Origin: Mobula hypostoma
Lineage: Eukaryota
Reading direction: 5' to 3'
DNA length: 64,000 nt
Assembly: GCF_963921235.1 (NCBI RefSeq)
Contig: NC_086108.1
Coordinates: 20,460,001 to 20,524,000, forward strand
Below are positions 36,827 through 49,274 of this stretch, piece after piece. A program made the position numbers and the translations under genes. The notes under the pieces were generated by a model. The model was not told the DNA's origin and did not search any database. It worked only from the letters and a program-made list of their open reading frames with translations. Position 1 is the first letter of the stretch. Each line of letters starts with the position of its first letter.

Positions 36827-37674
36827 GGGTAGGAGGTAGAAATGGGAAGTGCTGGGTGTGGGAACTATGAGGTTGGTGGCAGTGGATGGGAGATCCCCAG
36901 AGCTGATAAGGTTGGTGATGGTGTGGGAGACAATGGCCTGGTGCTCCTTAGTGGGTTCATGATCGAGGGGTAAATAAGAGGAGGTATCAGCGAGTTGTCG
37001 CTGTGCCTCAGCAAGGTAGAGGTCAGTATGTCAGACTACAACAGCGTCCCCCTTATCAGTAGATTTTATAGTAAGGTTAGGATTGGTGTGGAGAAAGTGG
37101 AGAGCAGAGCGTTCAGGAGGAGTGAGGTTGGAATTGGAACAAGGTGTGGTGATGGTGACGGTTGATGTCCTGACTCGCTGAGGTGTGGGCGAAGGGGGAC
37201 AAAGCTAAGGCTTAGTGAGGACAGAGCACTCTCACCCAGAGAGTTGAAGGTTGGAGCGGATGGTAAAGACCCGGCACGGATGAGAGCTGGGATCAGAGGG
37301 GGAAGGGAGGCTGGAAGTGTCAGTGGAGAGGGGAGGGTTGGGGTGAGAGGAAGATGGAGCCTCTGAGGGTCCAGGAGCTGATGATGGGATCTGAGGGAGA
37401 CGGGGTTGCAGAGTGGTGGTGGGGGAAGGGGAGATGGGAGTCACAATAGCAGCACATAAAGACCCGGCCTGGAGTTCAAGGCTGGAGGTTGTGCAATCAC
37501 TTTGAAGGTATCCATGGTCATTGGAACCTGCATTGATGGTGCTGGAGTCTGGGTTTTGAATATGCCCTGGGTTGGTAGAGCCACCAAGATCGACAGCGGG
37601 GTCCGCAATCTGAAGTTCATGCCTGCTAGCTTCGGAGCCAGCAGGCTCTGGGCTCTGCAGATGGAAGATCTTGC

Positions 37675-37710
37675 GTCCTGACGAAGGGTCTCGGCCCAAA
37701 ACGTTGACTG
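37675..37710 (+). ncRNA. Hammerhead motif with mutated core (GAAA>AAAA)
   Basis: gtcCTGACGAagggtctcggcccAAAAcgttgactg. Confidence 0.6.
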
Positions 37711-37868
37711 TACTTCTTCCTATAGATGCTGCCTGGCCTGCTGCATTCCACCAGCATTTTGTGTGTGTTGCTTATCCACAATAAAACTAGTCAACAGCTT
37801 GCTAAGTGTAGTTCATCTTACATTTTTAATTTAATAAAGGCAATAACATGATAATTAGGTTTATACAT

Positions 37869-38043
37869 AACCACAAAATACTCTGCAGATGCTGAGGTCA
37901 AAGCAACACTCACAACACGCTGGAGGAACTCAGCAGGTCCGGCAGCATCCATGGAAACGATCAGTCAATGTTTCGGGCTGGAACGTTGACTGATCATTTC
38001 CACGGATGCTGCCCGACCTGCTGAGTTCCTCCAGCGTGTTGTA
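37869..38043. repeat. PLE-derived fold-back (hairpin) element
   Basis: About 60-bp inverted arms 37912-37972 / 37982-38042. A 12-bp TSD aggtttatacat lies at 37857-37868 and 38044-38055. Confidence 0.88.
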
Positions 38044-38469
38044 AGGTTTATACATGATATTGGTCAATAATTCACACACTGAAATCCACAAGACAGTGAG
38101 GTGATTTGCTTTTCATTACATCTCATGGACTGAGAGGTCCTAAGGAATATCTACACGATACATGGGGCATCTACAGTTTCTATTAGGATTTGCTCTAATT
38201 AACAACCGTGTCTCTTTTCATGGGTTGAATGGCTCCACTGGGCTCCAATAAGATTCTGTATTTCTTTACTCGTATCATGAGATTTACCAGAAAATTATTC
38301 TTTTGGGAAATGGCTGCTGGAAGGTTGGAGAAGGGGTGGGGAGTGATGGGAGGAAGCAAAATGAAGGGGTATTTCTAATGATATATAAAACATTCAGAGA
38401 AGTCGAGCATTTTATAACTTCATAGAAAAACACAGAAAATATCACGTCCTCTTTCATATCAAGCATTGT

Positions 38470-39055
38470 AAATGCACTAGATTTTGGTTAATTTGGGACA
38501 CAATGGGTCCAGTACATTTTGGCCCAATTAAGCGGCTGGCCCAGTCAGCCAAAGTTTAATGGAAATACTTAAAACAGTATAAAACAGACAAACTGAATAA
38601 CAAGTTATGTATTTAATGAAATACAGAACAAATCAGAACACTACCAATACTACTGCAGTATTGTACTATGAAACTGTGTATAATACTCATCGACTGAGGA
38701 ATTTATACACATCATATTCTTTTGACTGTAAATGAACAAAATCAGTGCAGACACCTAGTACAGGTAATGAACTGGCTTCATATAATGCTGTCAACGATTG
38801 CATCTTCCAAATCATCATTTTCAGTGTAACATTCAGGACAATTGTTGATACCTTCAAATTTTTTATAGTTTCTAACTTGTTGAAGTAGAGGAATCATTTT
38901 GGCTCCCGGCTGTTTCTGCCACCTCCATGTCTGAATGCTTGAAACCACAGTGAGCAAAACAGTTTTGAACTTTCTTACTGCTTATTCCTTGCCAACTATT
39001 AGTGATGAAAATTGCTGCTATTTGAACACAAACACACATAACTGACACCAACAGC
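38470..39055 (-). mobile_element. Tigger-like transposon fragment, old
   Basis: ORF 38872-39057 has AAIFITNSWQGISSKKVQNCFAHCGF, a Tigger DDE C-terminal motif. Confidence 0.7.
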
Positions 39056-39349
39056 AAGAGAATGAAAACCTCTCACCAACAACTGTAAGAAGTCAAATGA
39101 AGAACTTTAGTGGTTCTAAAAGCAGACTGGTCTAGGGAACCAGTCATACTGGAAAAGATCTCATAAAATCAATATGCAAACCTTGAATGACAGAAGGTAT
39201 CTGTCCATTTCATAGAATTAATGTAGCATCCTACAAATACCTCAGTGTCAAACATTGTAATGCCACTGTAATTTCCCTTACTCTGCTGAAGTACTGCTAC
39301 GTCAGGCTTTACTTTTTCCCTATCAAATTTCAAATTGAACTCAATCATA

Positions 39350-40060
39350 TTATGATCACTGGTTCCTAAGGGTTCTTTTACCTGAAGCTCCCTAATTGCC
39401 TCTGGTTCATTACATAATACCCAATCCAGTATAGTTGATCCCCTAGTAGGCTCAATGACAAACTGCTTTAAAAAAGCTACCTCTTAGGCATCCAACAAAC
39501 TCACTCTTTTGAGATCCATTACCAACCTGAATTTTCTCAATCTGCATGTCAAAATCTCCCATGCCCTTTTGACACGCCTTTTCTATTTCCCTTTGTAATC
39601 TGTGGCCCACATCCCAGCTACTGTTGGGAGGCCCATATATAACTGCATCAGGGTCCTTTACCCTTACATTTTCTGAACTCAACCCACAAGGATTCAACAT
39701 CTTCCAGTCCTATGTCACAACTTTCTACTGATTTGATCCCATTCTTTACCAGCAAAGCCTCGCCACCCCATCTGCCTACCTTCCTGTCCCTTCAATACAG
39801 CATATAATTTTGGACATTCAGCTCCCAACTACAACCAACCTTCAGCATTATTCAGTGACGTCCACAACATCATACCTGACAATCTGTAATAGTGCAACAA
39901 GATCATCCACCTTATTCCTTATACTCTGTGCATTGAGATATAACCTTTTATGTGCTGCATTTGCTACTCTTTTTTGATTTTGCATCCCTAATGCACTGAT
40001 ACTCACCCTGTTGGCTGCAATTTTGTCCTGTCATCTGCCTGCCCTTCCTGACAGTCTTTC
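39350..40060 (-). mobile_element. CR1 endonuclease fragment
   Basis: ORF 39452-39700: VIYGPPNSS..GDFDMQ..EFV. Confidence 0.8.
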
Positions 40061-40124
40061 TAACTACAGAAAATTTTGTTCTGGGTGCAGACAACTCGTT
40101 GCAAAATTGAAATTATTTCCTCCT

Positions 40125-41397
40125 AAACATGAGAAATTCTGCAGATGCTGGAAATCCAAAGTTACGCACAAAATGCTGGAGGAACTCAGCAGGTCAGGCA
40201 GCATCTATGGAAATGAATAAACAGTTGACATTTCATGCTGAGACCCTTCTCCTGGATTGGAAAGGAAGGGGGAAGATGCCAGAATAAAAATTTGGGGAAA
40301 GGGGAAGGTGATAGGTGAAGCCAAGTAGGCAGGAAAGGTAAAGGGCTGTAGTGAAAGGAATCTGGCAGGAGAGGAGAGTGGACCACAGGGGAAAGGGAAG
40401 GAGGAGGGGACCCAGGGGGAAATGATAAGCGATTGAGAAGTGTTAAGAGGCCACAGTGGGGAATAAAAGGGGAGGGGTGGGGAGGTTCAATTTATTTTTA
40501 CCAGGAGCAATCAATATTCATGCCGTCAGGTTGGAGGCTACCTAGATGGAATATAAAATATTGCTACTCCACCTTAAGGGTGCCCTCATCATGGCACAAG
40601 AGGAGACCATGCTGCAGTGTGTCAGAATGGGAATGGGAATTAAAATGTTGACAACCAGGAAGTTCTGCTTTTGGCGGATGGAAGCGGGTTCGCAATCTAC
40701 GACGGGTCTCACCAATGTAGAGGATGTCACATCGGGAGTACCAGACACAATAGACAACCCCAGCAGATTCACAGAGGAAGTATTTCCTCAGCTGGAAATA
40801 CTGTTTGGAGCCCTGAATGGAGGTGAGGGAGAGATGAATGGGCAGGTGGAGCACTTTGCTGCTTGCAGGGGTAAGTGCCAGGAGGGAAGTTAGTGGGGAG
40901 GGATCAATGGACAAGGGAATCACTGAGGGAGCTATCCCTGTAGAAAGCGTGGGGGGGGAGATGAAGATATTTTTAGTAGTAGGATCTCTTTGGACGTGGC
41001 AGAAGTAGTGGAGAATAATATGTTGGATGTGAGGGTTCATGGGTTGTTTGGGAAATGGAGGAGATGTGGGTGAAGGCAGCATCAATGGTGAGGAAGGCAA
41101 ATACTGTTTTTTGAAGGAGGAGGACATCTACATTCTGGGAACAGATGTGGCAGAGGCGAAGGAACTAAGAAAAGGAAATAATATTTGTACAGGAGGCAGG
41201 GTGACAAGAGGTGTAGTCAAGATAACTGGGAATTATTAGCTTTATAAAAGATATTGGTAGACGTTTTGTCTCCAGAGATGGTGGTAGATAGATTGAGAAA
41301 TTTAAAGGCAGGGTGGAAGTTGGAGGCAAAGTTGATGAAATTAACGAGCTCAGCATGGGTGCATGAAGCAGCACCAATGCAGTCATCAATGTACTGG
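40125..41397 (-). mobile_element. Penelope-like element: RT (YIDD), GIY-YIG endonuclease and terminal repeat, disrupted
   Basis: YIDDCIG (ORF 41217-41522), GVVYCVWYSRCDILYIGETRRRL (ORF 40564-41127) and a PLE terminus at 40125-40260. Confidence 0.9.
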
Positions 41398-41670
41398 TTT
41401 TCATATTCAATGTTACAACTTGTGCAACAGATTGACTGCAAAGAATGGACTTTGAGGGCTAAAGACATTTCATTCGATATTTCTTTCAGTTCTAAGATAC
41501 TAGTTCTAAAAAAAGTTGACACTGCAGTAAGCTTTTTTTATATAAAAAGATAACATTTAAGTGAGAATTGCCTTTTAAATGTTTGCTTTTTAGTTTTGAA
41601 GTTCATAACATTTGTTTACTGCAAACTAAAGCGAGAGTTTGAAAAAAGGATCTAGTGCTTTCCTGGGGTA

Positions 41671-42180
41671 TATGATGAATGAACTCATCTTGGGCTTCTA
41701 AGCGGGTACAGGTATCAATTATAACCAAAGTTTCTGTTGCAAACTTTGCCATCTTCATCAGGGATGCTGCCTGGGAATGTCTAGTCTGGTGGTATTTTTA
41801 TCCCCATCGTCCATCCCTCCTGACTGGTTAGTCCTCATGCAATCGGGTTTCTGCGCTTACTCCTTGTTTACAATCAAATTCCAGTTCTTACTTAGAGCGA
41901 GACCTCCGTCTTTGTTAAAATTCTTATCCCCTAGTTTTATTTCAATGGCTTCCTTTTAATAAAGACAAAGGAATTTGATTGTAAACAAGGTGGGAGAGCG
42001 GAAACCTGATTGGAAGAGGTCTAACCAGTCATGATGGACAAATGATGGGGTATAAATACAACCAGACTAGACATGCCGAGGCATCATCCTTGATGAAGGT
42101 GGTAGAGTTTGTCATTGAAATGTGGGTTCTAATCGATACCTGTACCTGGCTGAAAGTCTGAAAAGAGTTTATTTGTCATT
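41671..42180. mobile_element. Second PLE family: inverted pair of 3' ends
   Basis: 41675-41885 is the approximate reverse complement of 41970-42175. The minus strand of the centre reads KEAIEIKLGDKNFNKDGGLALSKNWNLIV (GIY-YIG C-terminus). Both arms carry decayed CTGATGA..GAAA motifs. Confidence 0.82.
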
Positions 42181-44029
42181 GCTAGAGTTCTTATACTAAG
42201 ATCATACATTTCTAGTAAACACAATCTCTATGGTAATGTGAAGCGTTTCTGATATACTAATGACTTCCAAGGTGCTGTAATTATAACTATCTTCAAGAAA
42301 GGAGAGAGGTCCAATTGTTGTAGCTGTTTCCATGCCAGGCCACAGGGGAAATAAGTATAGTACCTGTGAACCATCTCCTCCCAGTGGCCAAAGTGCTGCC
42401 CCCTAAATTTCACTGTCGATCTCAGAAAGACAGACAGACATACTTTATTGATCCCGAGGGAAATTGGGTTTCGTTACAGTTGCACCAACCAAGAATCTAG
42501 ATCAATGGAGCTGGATGCTGCTGCACAACAACTCTAAGAAGAATATAGAGATCAACAGTAATATTCCTTGCCTTACATTGTGAGTGGCAATGGAACTCCT
42601 CCTTCAAATTTGGTTGCTGACAGTAATTCATCTCCATCATTAGTTTTGCTCCACAAAAGCATGCAAATCACAATACTTACCATTAAGCCAATACAGAACA
42701 AATCTCAGTGAAGGCCAGTTTCAAGCAAAGCAACATCATTGTCTCAGTGTTTTCTCCACATTTCTTGCTGAAATGTTATACTTCACCTCTAACAAACTTC
42801 CCACAGGAGTGTTGTTAATCTTCAGAACTACGAGAAAACTGTTCAACCTATGGCAACTACACTCTACAACCAAAACCATCCAAACCACAGTAGTCAACCT
42901 GCAGATGGTGCATGCATCTGTCCTCACACAGACGCCAAGCTCTAAGCCTTTGTTGACAATCACTAAAGCACAAAAAATGGCCCTCACACTCAACATATAC
43001 CTTTGTCTCTTATCAACCTACCCCTAAGGCTATCTGACAACATCGCAAGATTGTGAAAAATATGTTCAAAGTACATTTTTTGTCAAAGTATGTATACATT
43101 ATACAACCATGAGATTTGTTTCTTTACAGGCCACCACAAAAAAGACAGTCAAACACCCAATTTGCAGAAAAAGAACACAAATCATGCAAACAATGAACAC
43201 AAGCAAATAGTGTTCTGAAGTTTACAGTGAGTCTGAGCACAAGGCCAGGTAGATGTCAAGGAGCAGCGAGCTGAATTGGCCCATCCCTCACTTTGGGCCC
43301 CAGATCCCTGACCTTTTCAATCTGGCCTATCCCTTAAATCTTCATCCAAACATCGGTTCAGTCGCTTTGATACGCTCTGGGGCCAGGACCTCAGCCTGTA
43401 CCCAACCTTTTCCATTCAGCACATCATTTCAATCAATGGAAACTCAGGTCTTCTTCACCCCCGGTGATGGGCTTGCAGCCTCACCTCGCCTCGGTTCTGC
43501 AGCATCAAATTGTCTTCGAGTCTAAAGGGAAGTTACATACTATTGCTTGTGATGATCATTTACCAGAAAAAGAGTGATTAACAAAGTATTTAGGTAGACA
43601 GCCATTGATGATATAATTCAGTACCACCTTCAATGCTTCAGTACAGCCTTTTGTCAACTGAGGGAAAGACCTCAGAGCTGGCAGAAAAGTTATGGTCTAC
43701 TTGGCAACAGCAATCCATACCCGCCAAATGTTTTTGAGACTTAGGCTATCCAGAGCGGGCATCTCAAGAAAGTGGAAAAATACCACCAATGCTGTCTCTG
43801 CAAACTCTGTGAACTCTTCTAAAAAGGATAAGCAAAATAATTAAATTCTCTCCCAGGCCATCAAACCCAGCACTGAGTCCTAGTTGCACTAAGCTACATT
43901 AGACAGGTCTTGTTATTTGCATGCCTGACACCAGACTCCAAAACAGTGCTAGGGCAGATTTCCAGGACAGCAGCGGTAAAGATTGAAGGATGTGCTCAGG
44001 ACCTCCTTGAACAAAGTGCAACTTCTGCA

Positions 44030-46550
44030 CTGATAGTGTCACAGCTGCAGAAAAGGAGGAAGTCACGGAGGCGTTGTCTACGGAGTCTCTGTGGATGGAA
44101 GTTAGGAATAGGAAGGGGTCAATAACTCTATTGGGTTTTTTTTTATAGACCACCCAATATAACAGGGACATCGAGGAGCAGATAGGGTGACAGATTCTGG
44201 AAGGAGTAATAATAACAGGATTGTTGTGATGGGAGATTTTAATTTCCCAAATATTGATTGGTGTCTCCCTAGAGCAAGGGGTTTAGATGGGGTGGAGTTT
44301 ATTAGGTGTGTTCAGGAAGGTTTCTTGATACAATATGTAGATAAGTCTTCAAGAAGAGAGGCTGTCCTTGATCTGGTATTGGGAAACAAACATGGTCAGG
44401 TCTCTCAGTGGGAAAGCATTTTGGAGATAGTGATCACAATTCTATCTCCTTTACCATAGCATTGGAGAGGGATAGGGACAGACAAGTTAGGGAAACATTT
44501 AATTGGAGTAAGGCTATCAGGCAGGAACTTGGAAGCATAAATTGGAAAGGGATGTTCTCAGGGAAATGCTTGGAAGAATTGTGGCAAATGTTCAGGGGAT
44601 ATTTGCGTGGGGATCTGCGTAGATATGTTTCAATAAGACAAGGAAAGGATGGTAGGCTACAGGAACAGTAGTGTACAAAGGCTGTTGTAAATCTAGTCAA
44701 GAAGAAGAGCTTACGAAAGGTTAAAAAAACTAGGTAATGATAGAGATCTAGAAGATTAGATGGCTAGCAGGAAGGAGCTTAAGAATGAAATTAGGAGAGC
44801 CAGAAGGGGCCATGAGAAGGCCTTGGTGGACAGGATTAAGGAAAACCCCAAGGCATTCTACAAGTATGTGAAGAACAAGAGGATAAGATGTGAGAGAATA
44901 AGACCAATCAAGTGTGACAGAGGAAAAGTGTGTACGGAACTGCAGGAGCTGGCAGAGGTACTTAATGAATACTTCAGTAATCACCATGGAAAGGATTTTG
45001 GCAACTGTAGGGATGACTTGCAGTGGACTGAAAAGCTTGAGCATGTAGGTATTAAGTAAAAGGATGTGCTGGAGCTTTTGGAAAGCATCAAGTTGGATGA
45101 GTCACTGGGACCGGACGGGATGTACCCCAGTCTACTGTGGGAAGCGAGGGAGCAGATTGCTGAGCCTCTGGCACTGATCTTTGCATCATCAATGAGGACG
45201 GGAGAGGTTCTGGAAGATTGGAGGATTGCAGATGTTGTTCCCTTATTCAAGAAAGGGAGTAGGGATAGCCCAGGAAATTATAGACCAGTGAGTCTTACTT
45301 CAGTAAGCTGATGGAGAAGATGCTGAGAGGCGGGATTTATGAACATTTGGAGAGGCATAATATGATTTGGAATAGTCAGCATGGCTTTGTGAAAGGCAGT
45401 TTGTGCCTTATGAGCCTGATTAAATTTTTCAAGGATGTAACTAAACACTTTGATGAAGGTAGAGCCGTAGATGAAGTATGTATGGATTTTAGCAATGCAT
45501 TTGATAAGGTACCCCATGCAAGGCTTATTGAGAGGCATGGGATCCAAGGGGACATTGCTTTGTGGATCCAGACCTGGCTTGCCCACAGAAGGCAAAGGGT
45601 GGTTGTAGATGGGTCATATTCTACATGGAGGCCGGTGACCAGTTGTGTGCCTCAGGGATCTGTTCTGGGACCCCTACTCTTTGTGATTTTTATAAATGAC
45701 CTGGATGAGGAAGTGGAGGGATGGGTTAGCAATTTTGCTGATGATACAAAGGTTGGGGGTGTTGTGGATAGTGTAGAGGGCTGTCAGAGGTTACAGCGGG
45801 ACATTGATAGGATGCAAAACTTGGCTGAGAAGTGGCAGATGTAGTGAGTGTGAGGTGATTCATTTTGGTAGGTCAAATATGATGGCAGAATATAGTATTA
45901 ATGGCAAGACTCTTGGCAGTCTGAAGGATCAGAGGGACCTTGGGGTCTGAGTCCATAGGGCACTCAAAGCTGCTATGCCGGTTGACTCTGTGGTTAGGAA
46001 GGCATACGGTGCATTGGCCTTCATCAATCGTGGGATTGAGTTTAAGCGCCGAGAGGTAAAGTTGCAGCTATGTAGGACTCTGGTCAGACCCCACTTGGAG
46101 TACTGTCCTCAGTTCTGGTCGCCTCACTATAGGAAGGACGTGGAAACCATAGAAATTTTCTCCTTGGAACGACTGAGGATGAGAGGTGACCTGATAGAGG
46201 TGTACAAGATAATGAGAGGTATTGATCATGTGGATAGTCAGAGGCTTTTTCCCAGGACTGAAGTGTTTAACACGAGAGGGTATAGTTTTAAGGTGCTTGG
46301 AAGTAGGTACAGAAGAGATGTCAGGAGTAACTTTTTTACGCAGAGAGTGGTGAGTGTGTAGAATGGGCTGCCGGCGATGGTGGTGGAGGCGGGAACGATA
46401 GGGTCTTTTAAGGGGCTCCTGGATGGATACATGGAGCTTAGAAAAATAGAGGGCTATAGGTAAGCCGAGGTAGTTCTAAGGACATGTTCGGCACAGCTTT
46501 GTGGGCCAAAGGGCCTGTATCGTGCTGTAGGTTTTCTATGTTTCTATGTT
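44030..46550 (+). mobile_element. CR1 family B, 5'-truncated in EN, disrupted
   Basis: ORF fragments 44187-46361 ([22 protein letters not shown]) and tail ttctatgtttctatgttt. Homologous to 17751-23400. Confidence 0.93.
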
Positions 46551-47563
46551 TACATTTTTATTCTGGCTTCTGGCCTCCCTTCTGATGAAAACTTTCAGAC
46601 TGAGATGGTGACTGTTTATATCCCTCCATAAATGCTGCCTGAATTCTGTTTATGTTGTGCAGATAAACATCAGATATTTATTTTAAACTGATGGAAATAT
46701 AGATATATTGGATCACCATGCTGATACGATATTAACTTTCAGTTATTTGTATTTCATTCAAAGGATTAACATGACCAAAATATAAAAACTCATGTGTTAC
46801 TTTCCTTCACAATCTATTTAAACCTTACCTTCATCTATGGATTTGACTCTAATATTTTTGGGTCTTTTCAAGAAAAGTTGACATTCTATCCACCAGTCCC
46901 TCAAAAGATAGGGTAAAATAGCAAACGTTAGTCTCTTCATGCTTATGCGTTTAATGGCTTTTGGAATCAAATATACATATAGAGAATTGTTCAGACATCT
47001 AAATGCACTTCATGTTAATTTATTATCATTTATTTACACATGGTATTCTATTAAAATGTGCCAGCATTAAAAGAAGCATTAAATATGTAATTCATTTTTC
47101 GCCCTTGACTGCTTGTTAAAGATGCCCATATGTGAAGAAGATGTGTAATTTTCTATCTGCCCTTTTCCTTCATTACAAGGAATTGTCTGTCTATCTGTAC
47201 CTAGATACCTCGTGATCTCTTCCTAACATTGTGACACTCAGTAACTGTGATCTTCTCACCCCATTAGGCTGAATTTTCCTGACACATTGCTGGTGGTTTT
47301 GATGAGAACCAATGATTCTCTGACAACTTTCATGTGTTGTCAGATGCTGAGTTTCTATTCTATCATTGGAAATGGTATCAACAGTGGCAGATCAATGAGT
47401 CTAAGAGAGTATGAGAATTTTTTTTTCCTCACATCTGGCCTTCAATTTTAGGTCAGGAAGAAATGACATAGAATTGCCAATCATTCAAATTCTGTGGAAA
47501 AAGTGCCTCACTCACTTTAAGTTCCTTAAGTTTAAATTTTTGATATTTTAAGACACACACAGA

Positions 47564-47574
47564 GTATATGTGTA

Positions 47575-47622
<48 letters not shown>
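47564..47622. repeat. (TG)n/(TA)n microsatellite, continuing at 48073-48125
   Basis: Direct dinucleotide runs on both sides of the RTE-derived insertion. Confidence 0.95.
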
Positions 47623-47627
<5 letters not shown>

Positions 47628-48072
47628 AACGCTGTTTGCATGCCACAGCGGCCACACCCTGGGCAACGGCTTCGACAAGCAGGCTAAACCAGGTGAGGAT
47701 AGCTGACGGGTCTCAAACGCTCGGTGAGATAGGGAATTGTCTGTCCCAGCATGTGAAGACAGACTCCGGCAGACTGAGCGGACAAGACCAACGGAAGGTC
47801 CAATGGTCAAGAAGGCGGTCTCTGCAAGCGTCGTGGAAACATGTAGAGCAGAACAAGACAGAGAAGACGTCCTGGTCATCCACTGCGCCTAGTCCCATCT
47901 CCAGCCGTCTCGACTTTTGTCTTGCCGCTGGATCCAGATGGGAATTGGGAAGAGAGAGTGAGGCTGACGCTGCGCAACTCTACCTCACTTAAATCCAAAT
48001 CAAGCGCTAGTCTTGACACCATCATCATGGTGTCGAGGTCCTCATTGACGTCAATGATGGACGAACAACAAC
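47623..48072 (+). mobile_element. RTE-derived non-autonomous retroposon with (CAA)n tail
   Basis: GC-rich non-coding body ending ggacgaacaacaac, with a second copy at 27321-27549. The RTE assignment is inferred from the tail and 5' structure. Confidence 0.65.
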
Positions 48073-49274
48073 ATATATATATACACATACACACATACAC
48101 ATGTATGTGTGTGGGTGTATTTATATGTAATACACTTATTATATTATGTAGATCAATTTTAAAAGTTTTAGTTGCCTGTATGCGAGATTTAAAAATGGTT
48201 AAAAAGCCTTTTACAGCCTTTGGCAGCTAACATTCCTGATAAGGGGTTTTAAATACAGTACCTGTCAGTTATTCATAGTGTGGAGCCCACTCACCCAGAT
48301 TCCTTGCATGCAAGGTGAGCTCATTAAATCTCAACATCTGGAATATTTGCAACTTACTCCATAGACTTCTCTGGGAAGCTGGAGCAGGACTGGAGAGACA
48401 TACAGCCCTATCAACCCACCTCATGCTATGCAGGTGCAACATATAAAGGAGGATTGGAGAGGGAGCAGAAAGATACACAGAGGCAGGAACAGTAAGGATT
48501 GGGCACCAAGGTTGGAGTTGTGTGCTTCAAATGGAAAGACATCTGACATTATAAAGTTGCAGCTGGGCAGAGGGATAGGGAAGTTGGTTGGTCAACTCCC
48601 CTGGAGAAGTTGCACATCAATTATGTCACAGAGAATTTTGAGGACAACAACAAGTGAACATACAGAAGAGGCTATAGCGATACATATTGAAATGTTGTCT
48701 ACTTGCGTAGCAGCAAGTGGGAGATGATATCAAGGAGCATGTGAAATGTACATCTGCAACTTCTTGCATAGCTTTCTAGTGAGTTTAGATTATATATGTT
48801 CTAAAAGAGAAGTAAAGGGATTCGTACATCCAATGTACAGTAGTTGAAGTTGCAACTTCTATTTCTGAATGCTTCTAATGATTTTGAGGCTCAGCAGCCT
48901 CTCTGGTAAATCATGGCTTTGCTTGATTCCACATGGGAGAAGACTGCAGTTGATTAGGAGCAGGAAGATGCTAGAAAAAGACTAATATGATTGTTCAGAT
49001 AGATGAAGCATCATATGGTGCAATAACACCTGTCTGCATACCCTTTATTCAGTGAAGGTGCAATCACGTGTTAAATGATCACGGACAAGGAACTTGAACA
49101 TTTTCAGCAATACATATTGTATAATTTGAGTTAATGAGTTTAGGTTACTACTGCAAGGCCTTTCCTAGGAAGTAGGAAATGTCTGTTTGGAAAGTCTCAT
49201 ATCGACAGTAATTGCACGGAGTTCTAAACCTGAAGGCATTCCAATGGGTAAGTATTCAGTCATAACTAGTTCAG

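Larger units (their letters stand above)
36691..37771 (-). mobile_element. Deleted Penelope-like element bounded by inverted terminal repeats
   Basis: About 100-bp inverted repeats (36728-36826 vs 37675-37771). A 13-bp TSD ttatcca(t/c)aataa lies at 36678-36690 and 37772-37784. The minus strand encodes the PLE RT N-terminus (NLTIKSTDKGDAVVV, YLAEAQRQLAD). Confidence 0.9.
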
